NCBI GenBank assembly: GCA_027064305.1
Contig: JAMOPY010000028.1
Coordinates: 1 to 35,682, forward strand
Direction of reading: 5' to 3'
Length of the DNA stretch: 35,682 bases
Source of the DNA: Methanobacteriota archaeon
GTDB lineage: Archaea > JAADCQ01 > Methanopyri > Methanopyrales > Methanopyraceae
Position numbers and translations under genes: made by a program. How positions within the stretch are numbered: the first letter of the stretch is position 1; each line of letters begins with the position of its first letter. The notes beneath the pieces are model-generated. The model was not told where the DNA came from and did not search any database. It saw only the letters and a program-made list of their open reading frames with translations. Shown here one piece after another: positions 26,468 to 34,234 of this stretch.

Positions 26468-28105
26468 TTGAACGTGGTGGCCGTAGACCTGGGGACCGAG
26501 GTGATCGCGGCGGCCGTGGGCAGGCTCCGCGGGGACAACCTGGTCGTCAAGGGGTACAGCGAGCGGTACATCATGGACCCCACGCTCATGGAGCGGGGTA
26601 ACGTACGGTACGTCCGCGGCGTCAGCGAGGTCGTGGAGCGGACGGTCCGGGAGGCGCTTAACAACGCGGGCCTCGACCGGCGGGAGGTGGAGGGCGTCGG
26701 GCTGTCGATGACCGGCGACCGGTTCGAGATTCAAGAGAAGGCGATCCGGGTGACCCCCGAGGGCAGCGTCGGGTGGGAGGACATCGGGCGCTCGATCGTG
26801 GAGCGGCTGGAGTTTTCCGACCGCGTCCGCCCGGTTTCGGTGGATATCGTGGAGCTGGAGGTGAACGGTACCGAGGTCGACCCGCGCGAGCTCAGCTCGG
26901 AGCACCCGGAGGGGATCATCGGGAGCCGGGCCTCCGAGGTGCGGTTCCGGGCCATCGTCTCGAGTGCGAACCCCACGCTCGTCCACAACCTGGAGCGGAT
27001 CGCGGACATCCTCAACCTCAAGCTGATTACCGTCTCCATCGAGCCCATCGCCGTGGCCAAGTCCCTAACGGCGGAGCAGCGGGCCACGGACTACCTCCTC
27101 ATCGACTCCGGCGGCGGCACCACCGACGTCTCCATGATCCGGGACTCCAGCCTCGAGCTGTGCAAGACGATCAAGGTGGGCGGCCGTGACTTCACCCTCG
27201 CCCTGGCGAACGAGTTCGGTCTGACCTACGAGGAGGCGGAGAGCCTGAAGAAGAAGCTGAACTCCCCCGTCGCCGACGAGGAGCTCGCCAAGTACGGCAT
27301 CTCCCGCAGTCAGGCGCTCGAGCCCATCGAGGAGGTGGCCGAGTACGTCCGGGACACCATCCTGTCCGCCGTCAAGCGCATGATCCGGGCCGCCGACCTC
27401 CAGCCGCCCGACCGCGTCGGCCTCTACGGGGGCGGGATCCTGCTGGACCAGGCGGAGAACGCGGTTCGGGAGGCCGTCATGCTCGCCTACCGGGACTACC
27501 TGGGCACCGTCCCGCGCATCCACATCCTCGACGCGGCGCGCGTGGTCCCGCACACCGGTCGCCGCCTGCAGGGTCCCATGCGCGTCGTGGCCCTCTCCGT
27601 CCTGCGCGACACCGCCCTGTGCCAGCGGCACGCGGGGGCCCGGATCGAGGTCGAGGTGGACGAGATGCGGGCACCCGAGGGCCGCTACACCCTGGAGGTC
27701 AGCGGGCGGCTGGAGGACACCGTCCGCATCCCGCGCAAGACCGGCCTCAAGCAGGCCCTGATCAGCTTCATCAAGGAGGTCATCTTTATGGAACCCTCCC
27801 CGCTCATCGCCAAGCTCAAGGGCCGAGCCTACGCCGGCACCGTCGCCATCAGGTTCGACGGGCTGGACGGGAACCGGGTGCGAAACGTGGAGGGCGTGCG
27901 GATCCGCACGCTGCCCACCAAGTCGGCGGACGAGGTGCGCCGCCTCCCCTACGAGTACATCATCGTGCAGGTGAAGGAGATGGGGCCCATACTGATCCCG
28001 GTGGACGAGATCGTCGGCGAGGCGGGGGAAGAGGGTGAGACGGAAGGCCACGCTGATCGTCCTGAGGAGCGGCTGGACGATACCGGAAGTCGTCAACCTA
28101 ATTAA
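26468..28105 (+). CDS. ftsA: FtsA-like actin-fold ATPase with C-terminal extension
   Basis: VAVDLGT phosphate-1 loop, MERGNV, 1C-like insert (VNG..PEGIIGS), NL..LNL..IEPIAVA, LLIDSGGGTTDV, VGGRDFT..AESLKK, LYGGG. Confidence 0.8.
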   Translation: MNVVAVDLGTEVIAAAVGRLRGDNLVVKGYSERYIMDPTLMERGNVRYVRGVSEVVERTVREALNNAGLDRREVEGVGLSMTGDRFEIQEKAIRVTPEGSVGWEDIGRSIVERLEFSDRVRPVSVDIVELEVNGTEVDPRELSSEHPEGIIGSRASEVRFRAIVSSANPTLVHNLERIADILNLKLITVSIEPIAVAKSLTAEQRATDYLLIDSGGGTTDVSMIRDSSLELCKTIKVGGRDFTLALANEFGLTYEEAESLKKKLNSPVADEELAKYGISRSQALEPIEEVAEYVRDTILSAVKRMIRAADLQPPDRVGLYGGGILLDQAENAVREAVMLAYRDYLGTVPRIHILDAARVVPHTGRRLQGPMRVVALSVLRDTALCQRHAGARIEVEVDEMRAPEGRYTLEVSGRLEDTVRIPRKTGLKQALISFIKEVIFMEPSPLIAKLKGRAYAGTVAIRFDGLDGNRVRNVEGVRIRTLPTKSADEVRRLPYEYIIVQVKEMGPILIPVDEIVGEAGEEGETEGHADRPEERLDDTGSRQPN

Positions 28106-28661
28106 ACGGGCGAAGAACGACGTGGTCGTGGTCGTGGGGGAGATCGACTCGTTCAACCGGGAGGTCCTGTCGTCCGTCTGCCGCTCCCTGGACAAGATGG
28201 TCCTCTTCGGCGACGAGTACGTGGACAAGTTCTCCATCGACGAGCGGCTGGAGACCATCAAGGAGTCACCGCCGGTCCGCCACTGCGACCTCGCCGTGCT
28301 CGAGGAACCCGCGCAGATGGACGGGCAGGTCCTGCTGGACGTGAAGGCCGACGAGGAGACGATCGACCGGATCCTCACCGAAGCGCACCGGCACTTCGAC
28401 AAGGTCTGCCGCTACGAGCGCAACGTGAGGGCCGACGCGTACCTGGTCGTGGACCGAAGGCAGGGCCGGATCCGACTCTACGCCCAGAACGATAGCGACC
28501 GGCTGCGCGAGTTCAGCATGAAGGTGGCGACGATGGTGGCGGGTCGGAGGGGCCGCTCCTCCAGGCTCCGACGCGTTGCCCTCGCCTCGGCGGTCACGCT
28601 CGTCGTCCTGGGAGTCCTCCTGTCCGGGCTACTTCTTACGAATCTCCACCACGTCTCCTAG
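28035..28661 (+). CDS. Hypothetical protein with a C-terminal transmembrane helix
   Basis: Soluble alpha/beta region, basic stretch RRGRSSRLRR, then hydrophobic VALASAVTLVVLGVLLSGLLL. Confidence 0.7.
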   Translation: MRRKATLIVLRSGWTIPEVVNLIKRAKNDVVVVVGEIDSFNREVLSSVCRSLDKMVLFGDEYVDKFSIDERLETIKESPPVRHCDLAVLEEPAQMDGQVLLDVKADEETIDRILTEAHRHFDKVCRYERNVRADAYLVVDRRQGRIRLYAQNDSDRLREFSMKVATMVAGRRGRSSRLRRVALASAVTLVVLGVLLSGLLLTNLHHVS

Positions 28662-29141
28662 CGTGAGTCCCTCACTCCCGGAGCCCGACGTCTCGGCCTC
28701 CGTCGCCTCCAGGGGCTCCAGCAGGTCCACCTCCAGCACCTTCTCCAGCCTCCGGGCCAGGTTCACGTCCGGCTCCATCTTCCCCGCCTCGATCCGCCGG
28801 ATCACGGACACCTTCTCCCCAACCCGCTCCGCCAGCTCCTCCTGACTCCACCCCTTGCGTTCCCGCGCCTCCCGCACCCGGTCCGCGTAATCCGGAACCA
28901 GCTCGTACCCCTCCCGAAACGGATCGAACCCCCTGGGACGCCGACGACGCGGCCGGGGAGCCCGCCGAGGTGGGCGGCGACCACCGCGCTCCCGACGCCC
29001 CGAACCCACGCTCGGGCGAGCCACCTCCCTACCGAACCGGGCGCACTCCTCGCAGACCCGCAGCTCGGACCCCTCCACCCGCACGACCCTCGCCCGACCC
29101 CGGATCGGGCGACCGCAGATCTCGCACCTGCGCTCCGACAA
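28629..29141 (-). CDS. mbf1: Archaeal multiprotein bridging factor 1 (Zn ribbon plus HTH)
   Basis: CEICG..VEGSELRVCEEC..FG, ELVPDYADRVREARE..SQEELA, LTLGDVV. Confidence 0.92.
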   Translation of the reverse strand: MSERRCEICGRPIRGRARVVRVEGSELRVCEECARFGREVARPSVGSGRRERGGRRPPRRAPRPRRRRPRGFDPFREGYELVPDYADRVREARERKGWSQEELAERVGEKVSVIRRIEAGKMEPDVNLARRLEKVLEVDLLEPLEATEAETSGSGSEGLTLGDVVEIRKK

Positions 29142-29244
29142 AGTCCCGTATCCCCTGGTCGAGGGATGGCGCGTTCCCGCCAGGGGAAGCGGGGCTGCTG
29201 ATCAAATAAGGGTGCCGGTCTTCCACCACCAAGGGGCCTCAAGC

Positions 29245-29649
29245 TTGCCCCGGCTGATCATGCGCGGGAAGACCGTCCGAGGCAGCGGCGAGGTGGAGGG
29301 TGAGGTCATCCACGTCACGCACCCGGATCAGATCGTGGACATCCAGGAGGGCCAGGTGGTCTTCACCCAGGACCTGGGCGGGGCCTACGACACGTACCCG
29401 GAGGTGATGGGGGCCGTGGCCATCGTCTGCACGGGCGAGGTGCGCACCCTCTCCGACGACGGGGAGATCCCGGTCGTTCGGGAGGCCCAGCCGGTCAGCG
29501 AGGAGGCTAAGGAGCTGCTCGTCGAGCCCGAGATCCCGGAGGACGCTCCGCACCACGGGGAGGAGCACCGACACCTCATGCCCCCCGAGGGCAGCCGTGT
29601 GCGCGTCGACCTGGATCGCGGCGAGATCTACCTGCTCGAGGAGGAATGA
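29245..29649 (+). CDS. Stand-alone swivelling (PEP-utiliser mobile/AcnX-like) domain protein
   Basis: GEVEGEV..IQEGQVVF..AVAIVC..IPVV..EGSRVRVDLDRGEI fold signature; no SHAAI phospho-His motif. TTG 29245 after AAGGGG. Confidence 0.68.
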   Translation: MPRLIMRGKTVRGSGEVEGEVIHVTHPDQIVDIQEGQVVFTQDLGGAYDTYPEVMGAVAIVCTGEVRTLSDDGEIPVVREAQPVSEEAKELLVEPEIPEDAPHHGEEHRHLMPPEGSRVRVDLDRGEIYLLEEE

Positions 29650-29652
29650 GCG

Positions 29653-30144
29653 TTGCGGCCCGAGGAGGCCCTCGCCCCGCTGGCGGAGCTCGTGGGCGAC
29701 CGGGACCGGGTCGTGGTCGACCTCGGGGACAACACGATCGCCGCCGCCAAGGCCGGACTGGACCCGGACGGAGGCACCGGCGCGCTGGGCGGCGCGATCG
29801 CCGTCGCCCTCGGCCACTGCCTCCGCACCGAGGGCCGGGTGTACTGCGTGGTGGGCGACGGCGGCTTCTTCATGCACCTGCACACGCTGGCCACGATCGC
29901 GCAGAACCGGGACCGGTTCGAGAACCTCACCATCGTGGTCGTGACCGACGCCGCCTGGGGGATGACCGGGGGGCAGGAGAACCCCGCCACCGAGGCCTCG
30001 CCCGCCGAGGTGGCGGAGTCCCTGGGCCTCAAGCCCACCGGGGTCGCCACCGACGTCGACGAGGCGGAGCGACTGCTCAACCGGTGCGCCCGGTCCGGCC
30101 CCTCCCTCGCCGAGCTCCGCTGCGACCCGATGACCTACCTGTAA
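29653..30144 (+). CDS. ThDP-binding (PP) domain protein, ComE/phosphonopyruvate decarboxylase-like
   Basis: GALGGAIAVALG, VYCVVGDGGFFMHL..LATI, NLTIVVVTDAAWGMTGGQ. Confidence 0.8.
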   Translation: MRPEEALAPLAELVGDRDRVVVDLGDNTIAAAKAGLDPDGGTGALGGAIAVALGHCLRTEGRVYCVVGDGGFFMHLHTLATIAQNRDRFENLTIVVVTDAAWGMTGGQENPATEASPAEVAESLGLKPTGVATDVDEAERLLNRCARSGPSLAELRCDPMTYL

Positions 30145-31408
30145 ACGGGACCGGAACCACCGGCACCCCTCGGGTCCTGCCCCCCTCCAGACTCGAAACC
30201 AGACCCGAAACCCGATCCCGCAGGCGGTTCACCTCCATCCTCACCTCGTCCACCCTCCTCTCCAGCTCGCCCACCCTCCTCTCCAACCCACTCACCTCGC
30301 CTTCCACCCGGTCCAACCTCCCCTCCACCTCATCCACCCTCCGGCTCACTTCCACCAGCCTCCCCTCCTCGCGATCCACCCGACGCCGCAGCTCCGACAC
30401 CTCCGCGCTCAGCCGGCAGACCTCACCCTCCAACCGATCGACTCGAGACCTCAACCCCTCGTCCACCATCTCCCACGACATCGAGGTCGCGCTGAGCATG
30501 GCCACGACGTGCAGCGTCGTCGGGGTCAGGCAGAGCACCGGAATCCCGCAGTAGGCGAACGCGGCGATCACCCGCATCGCCTCGTCCAGGGTACTCACTC
30601 GGTACAGTAAGATGTCCAGGCTCCGATCCTGCGAGCCCTCCCTCCACTTGAAGGAGTCCTTCGTGACCTGGAGGTCGGAGAGCGCCTCCCGCGCCGGTCC
30701 CGGCAGCGCGCCGCCGTTCTGGGGCATCGGGAAGAACGCCAGGAACGCGTTCGGCGCCGCGATCGAGGCGAGCATGGCCTTCATCGTGACCCAGTCCACC
30801 AGGAAGTAATCGCGCCGCCAGTCGTACCGGTCATCCTGCGGTTCCGCGCAGTCCTTCACGACGAGCACGTCGCCCGACGCCGACGCCCCCACCACGACGA
30901 TCGCGTGCGCCGGCCTCGCCAGCCCCACCTGCGCCCCGGACCACACCAGCGCCCCGACGGGACCGCCCGCGATCGCCGCGAGCGTGGGGAAGTATGGGGC
31001 CTTGTCGAGCAGCACGGGCGCGTTGTACTGATCGTCCTCCACCTGCACCTGGGCGCACTGACCGAACTTCGTCTCGACCCGCTCCAGCTCCTCGGGAGTC
31101 AGCGGGAAGCCCCGGACGGGCTTCCAGAGCCCCTCGGCGACCGCGATGTTGTACAGGGTGAGCGCCGCCAGCTCGCCGCACCACGTGTGGTCCTTCCGGC
31201 CGTCCCCGTCCACGTCCTTCCCGAACTCCACCTGCCCGTAGTCCGGGTCCGGTCGCGGGAACCGGACCTCCGTGGTCAACCGGGTGATACGGGTCAGCCC
31301 TCCGGGCGCCTCGAACTCCGTCCCCGGCGTCAGGTCCACCCACTGGATCCCGGCCCCCTGCGCCGGTCCGGGCAGCGAGAGCGCCAGGGCCAGGAGCGTG
31401 ATCAGCAA
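30077..31408 (-). CDS. Secreted papain-like (C39-like) cysteine peptidase homologue with coiled coil and Pro/Arg-rich tail
   Basis: TTG 31408 after GGGGAG; signal peptide MLITLLALALSLPGPAQG; WCG, HAIVVVG and VVKD as a candidate Cys-His-Asp triad; heptad region; ends GVPVVPVP plus Arg/Gly-rich residues. Confidence 0.65.
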   Translation of the reverse strand: MLITLLALALSLPGPAQGAGIQWVDLTPGTEFEAPGGLTRITRLTTEVRFPRPDPDYGQVEFGKDVDGDGRKDHTWCGELAALTLYNIAVAEGLWKPVRGFPLTPEELERVETKFGQCAQVQVEDDQYNAPVLLDKAPYFPTLAAIAGGPVGALVWSGAQVGLARPAHAIVVVGASASGDVLVVKDCAEPQDDRYDWRRDYFLVDWVTMKAMLASIAAPNAFLAFFPMPQNGGALPGPAREALSDLQVTKDSFKWREGSQDRSLDILLYRVSTLDEAMRVIAAFAYCGIPVLCLTPTTLHVVAMLSATSMSWEMVDEGLRSRVDRLEGEVCRLSAEVSELRRRVDREEGRLVEVSRRVDEVEGRLDRVEGEVSGLERRVGELERRVDEVRMEVNRLRDRVSGLVSSLEGGRTRGVPVVPVPFTGRSSGRSGARRGRGRTGRTG

Positions 31409-31441
31409 GCCGATTGTCTCCCCTTGGGGGGTGGTGGGCCG

Positions 31442-32407
31442 TTGTCCGGGCTGGGCTCGGCCGAGGTGTTGGGCGCGCTGAGGAGGGTAAAGCCTGACGC
31501 CGTGGCCTACCTGCCCGGGTTCCCGCTGAACGAGGTGGTCCGGAGGCTGGAGGAGGGAGACCACCCGTTCGAGGTCGTGCCGGTCGCCTCGGAGTTCGAC
31601 GCCGTAGGGCTGGTGATCGGCCTCGCTCAGTCCGGGGGCTTCGGGGCCGCGGTTCTCAAGGACAAGGGGGTGTACGTGGCCGCGCAGCTGCTCGCGGAGG
31701 AGGGGGACTGGCCGGGCCTCCTGATCGTGGGGCTGGACGCCGACGGGCGGGGCTCCTACACGTGCTCCGTGGAGCTGCCCCGGGTGGTTCGGGAGTGGAA
31801 GCTGCGCGTGGAGGTGCCCGAGAGTCAGCGGGAGATCGAGGATGCGGTGGTCCGCGCCGCGGAGGCCGCCCGGGAGGAGCACCGGCTCGCGTGCGTGATC
31901 CTGACGGAGGACCTGCTCCTGTCCAGTCGACCGCCGGCGGACGTGGCCCGGGTGGAGCCCACGGGCGAGGGGGACTGGGACGAGCTCCTGCGCGCCCTGG
32001 AGTTCTACGAGAGCGCGGCCCTCGTGCTCGGGAAGGGGATCCTGGGGGACGTTTCGGGCGACCTGCCGGCGGTCACCTCCTCGCTGGGGGACGAGCGGGG
32101 GGAGGTGGATCGGCTGAGGGAGGCGCTGGAGGGGGCGGGGCTCGAGGTCCGGGTGTACTGCACCAAGCACGCGTCCAAGTTCCTCCCCGGGATCCCGCCG
32201 ACGGGCGTCAACACGGGTAACACCGTGCGGGAGGACGTGCTCTTCCTCGTGGGCGCCTCCTTCGACGCGTTCGCGGTCCGATTCGAGTCGGACTTCGTGG
32301 TGTCGGTGAACCCCGACCCGGACGCGTACGCGCACCGGATCGCGGACGCCCGGTTCGTCATGACCCTCTCGGAGTTCGTGCGGGGGCTGCGGGAGCGGCT
32401 CAGGTGA
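31442..32407 (+). CDS. ThDP enzyme N-terminal (PYR) plus central domain, lacking the PP domain
   Basis: TTG 31442 after GGGGTGGTG; VAYLPG, VASEFDAVGL (catalytic Glu position), central domain ALVLGKG, DVLFLVGASFD, VSVNPDP. Confidence 0.72.
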   Translation: MSGLGSAEVLGALRRVKPDAVAYLPGFPLNEVVRRLEEGDHPFEVVPVASEFDAVGLVIGLAQSGGFGAAVLKDKGVYVAAQLLAEEGDWPGLLIVGLDADGRGSYTCSVELPRVVREWKLRVEVPESQREIEDAVVRAAEAAREEHRLACVILTEDLLLSSRPPADVARVEPTGEGDWDELLRALEFYESAALVLGKGILGDVSGDLPAVTSSLGDERGEVDRLREALEGAGLEVRVYCTKHASKFLPGIPPTGVNTGNTVREDVLFLVGASFDAFAVRFESDFVVSVNPDPDAYAHRIADARFVMTLSEFVRGLRERLR

Positions 32408-33242
32408 TCACGCGCATGCTCAGGTCCAGGGCGGGCGCGGAGTGCGTCAGCCAGCCCAGGGAGATCACGTCCACCCCGGTGCGGGCGTACTCGGGCGCGT
32501 TCTCCGGGGTGATCCCGCCCGAGGCCTCGAGGATGATCGCGTCGTCGATCCTCCGCACGCGCTCGACCGCCTCCCGCACGCGCCCCGGGGTCATGTTGTC
32601 GAGCAGCACGTGGTCCGCGCCGGCCCGGGCCGCCTCCTCGGCCTCCTCCGGCGACTCCACCTCCACGCCCACGAGCTTCGTGAACCCCACCTCCCTCCGG
32701 GCCCGGCGCACGGCCTCCTCCACCGACCCGACCAGGGCCAGGTGGTTGTCCTTGATGAGCACCGCGTCGTCCAGGCCCAGTCGGTGCGGGTCGCCTCCCC
32801 CGTCCGCCACGGCCTTCTTCTCCAGGAACCCGGTGATCGGGTGCACCTTTCGCGTGGCGGCGACGATCACGTCCGGGTTCACGCGGCGGACCCGGTCCAC
32901 GACCCGCCGGGTCGCCGTCGCGATCCCGGACAGTCGCATGAGGAAGTTGAGCGCGACCCGCTCGGCCGAGAGGACGTTTACCGCCCGGCCCGAGACTCGG
33001 AGCAGCTCCTGCCCCGCCCGCACCTCCTCCCCGTCCCGGACCCGTGCCTCCACGTCGCAGTCCAGCAGCTCGAAGGCGACCCGGGCGGGCAGCGTGCCGG
33101 AGACCACCCCCTCCTCCTTGGCCACGATCACGGCCTCCGCCTCCTCACCGCGGACGACGGAGGAGGTCAGGTCGGCCCGCCCGACGTCCTCCTCCAGGGC
33201 CCACCGCACCACGCGCTCCACCCGAACCCGGTTCAGGATCAC
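32400..33242 (-). CDS. nadC: Nicotinate-nucleotide pyrophosphorylase (quinolinate phosphoribosyltransferase)
   Basis: LEED..DLT, ERVALN..SGIATAT, TRK, HRLGLDDAVLIKDNH, EVE, LLDNM, EASGGI. Confidence 0.95.
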   Translation of the reverse strand: MILNRVRVERVVRWALEEDVGRADLTSSVVRGEEAEAVIVAKEEGVVSGTLPARVAFELLDCDVEARVRDGEEVRAGQELLRVSGRAVNVLSAERVALNFLMRLSGIATATRRVVDRVRRVNPDVIVAATRKVHPITGFLEKKAVADGGGDPHRLGLDDAVLIKDNHLALVGSVEEAVRRARREVGFTKLVGVEVESPEEAEEAARAGADHVLLDNMTPGRVREAVERVRRIDDAIILEASGGITPENAPEYARTGVDVISLGWLTHSAPALDLSMRVIT

Positions 33243-33254
33243 GCGGGCGACCCC

Positions 33255-34208
33255 CTACCGCTCCGCCATCTCCCGCTCCCAGTCCAGCTCCGTCTTGATG
33301 CCCAGCTCCCGGCGCACGCGCTCGTGCGCCTCCTCCACGCTGCGCGTCCCGTCCACCAGCTCGCACAGCACGCTCCCGCGCGCCACGGCCCTCGGGTCGA
33401 AGTAAAACGTGCACACGGACGCGGGCCCGAGCTCGACCGTCCGGTGCCCGCCCCGGATCTCGATCGGCCCCAGCTCACCCCGCTCGGCCGCGCGCAGCGG
33501 GACCAGGCTCGCCTCGGTCTCCACCGCCTCCGCCAGCCGCTTAAGGAACGCCACGTCCCGCCGCGTGAGCCCGACCGCCCCCAGGTACCCGCCCTCGGCC
33601 GCGATCTCGGCGAACCGCCTCCGCAGCTCCTCCCGCGAGAGCTCCCCGTCCGACCCCCACCCGAACACGCCCAGCACCGTCCCGTCCAGCCGGGCGAGCG
33701 AGCACGTCATGATGGAGTCCGCGAGCGGGCTCTCCACCCCCGGCTCGTCCCCCCGGGCGAGCGCGTCCCCGCCCACGTCCACGCCGACGAGCACGTCCAG
33801 GTCGAAGTGCTCCATCAGCGCCCGCAGCCCCTCCACGGTCCCCTCCACCCCGCCGCTCACGTCGACCAGCACCACCCGCACGTTCGAGTGCCCGAGCCGC
33901 CGCAGGACCTTTCGCACCCGGGACTCCGCGAACTCGGACCCGCGCCGCGGCCTCGCCTCACCCCGCAGCACGCCCACCCGCTCGTGGATCCACTCAACGT
34001 CCCCTACGATCTCGTCCCGCGAGCGCGGGCCCGGCTCCGGATCCACCACAACCCGCTCCCACGTGAGCCCTCCGAGCACCAGGAGCTCGGGGTTCAAGTC
34101 CACCCGCGCCCGCCGGTACGTGTGGGACGCGCCGACGACGTCCCCGCCCCCGCCGATCCCGAGCACCCCGATCCGACTCCCGTCACCGAGCACCTCGCTC
34201 AGGTACAA
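33255..34208 (-). CDS. DUF1152-like conserved protein
   Basis: GIGGGGDV, GVDVGGDALARGDE..SPLAD, GWGSDGEL, TEAS. Confidence 0.78.
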   Translation of the reverse strand: MYLSEVLGDGSRIGVLGIGGGGDVVGASHTYRRARVDLNPELLVLGGLTWERVVVDPEPGPRSRDEIVGDVEWIHERVGVLRGEARPRRGSEFAESRVRKVLRRLGHSNVRVVLVDVSGGVEGTVEGLRALMEHFDLDVLVGVDVGGDALARGDEPGVESPLADSIMTCSLARLDGTVLGVFGWGSDGELSREELRRRFAEIAAEGGYLGAVGLTRRDVAFLKRLAEAVETEASLVPLRAAERGELGPIEIRGGHRTVELGPASVCTFYFDPRAVARGSVLCELVDGTRSVEEAHERVRRELGIKTELDWEREMAER

Positions 34209-34234
34209 GCGAGCGGCCCCCGAGGGGGAGGTGG

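Noticed and set aside
30180-30460. C-rich quasi-periodic sequence resembling a tandem repeat or CRISPR array
   Set aside because: It encodes coiled-coil heptads on the minus strand and has no identical repeat/spacer units. No CRISPR array, tRNA or rRNA was seen in the window.
31409-32335. N-terminal ~310 aa of the 752-aa minus-strand ORF
   Set aside because: Shadow of the plus-strand ThDP PYR gene; the RBS and signal peptide place the real start at 31408.
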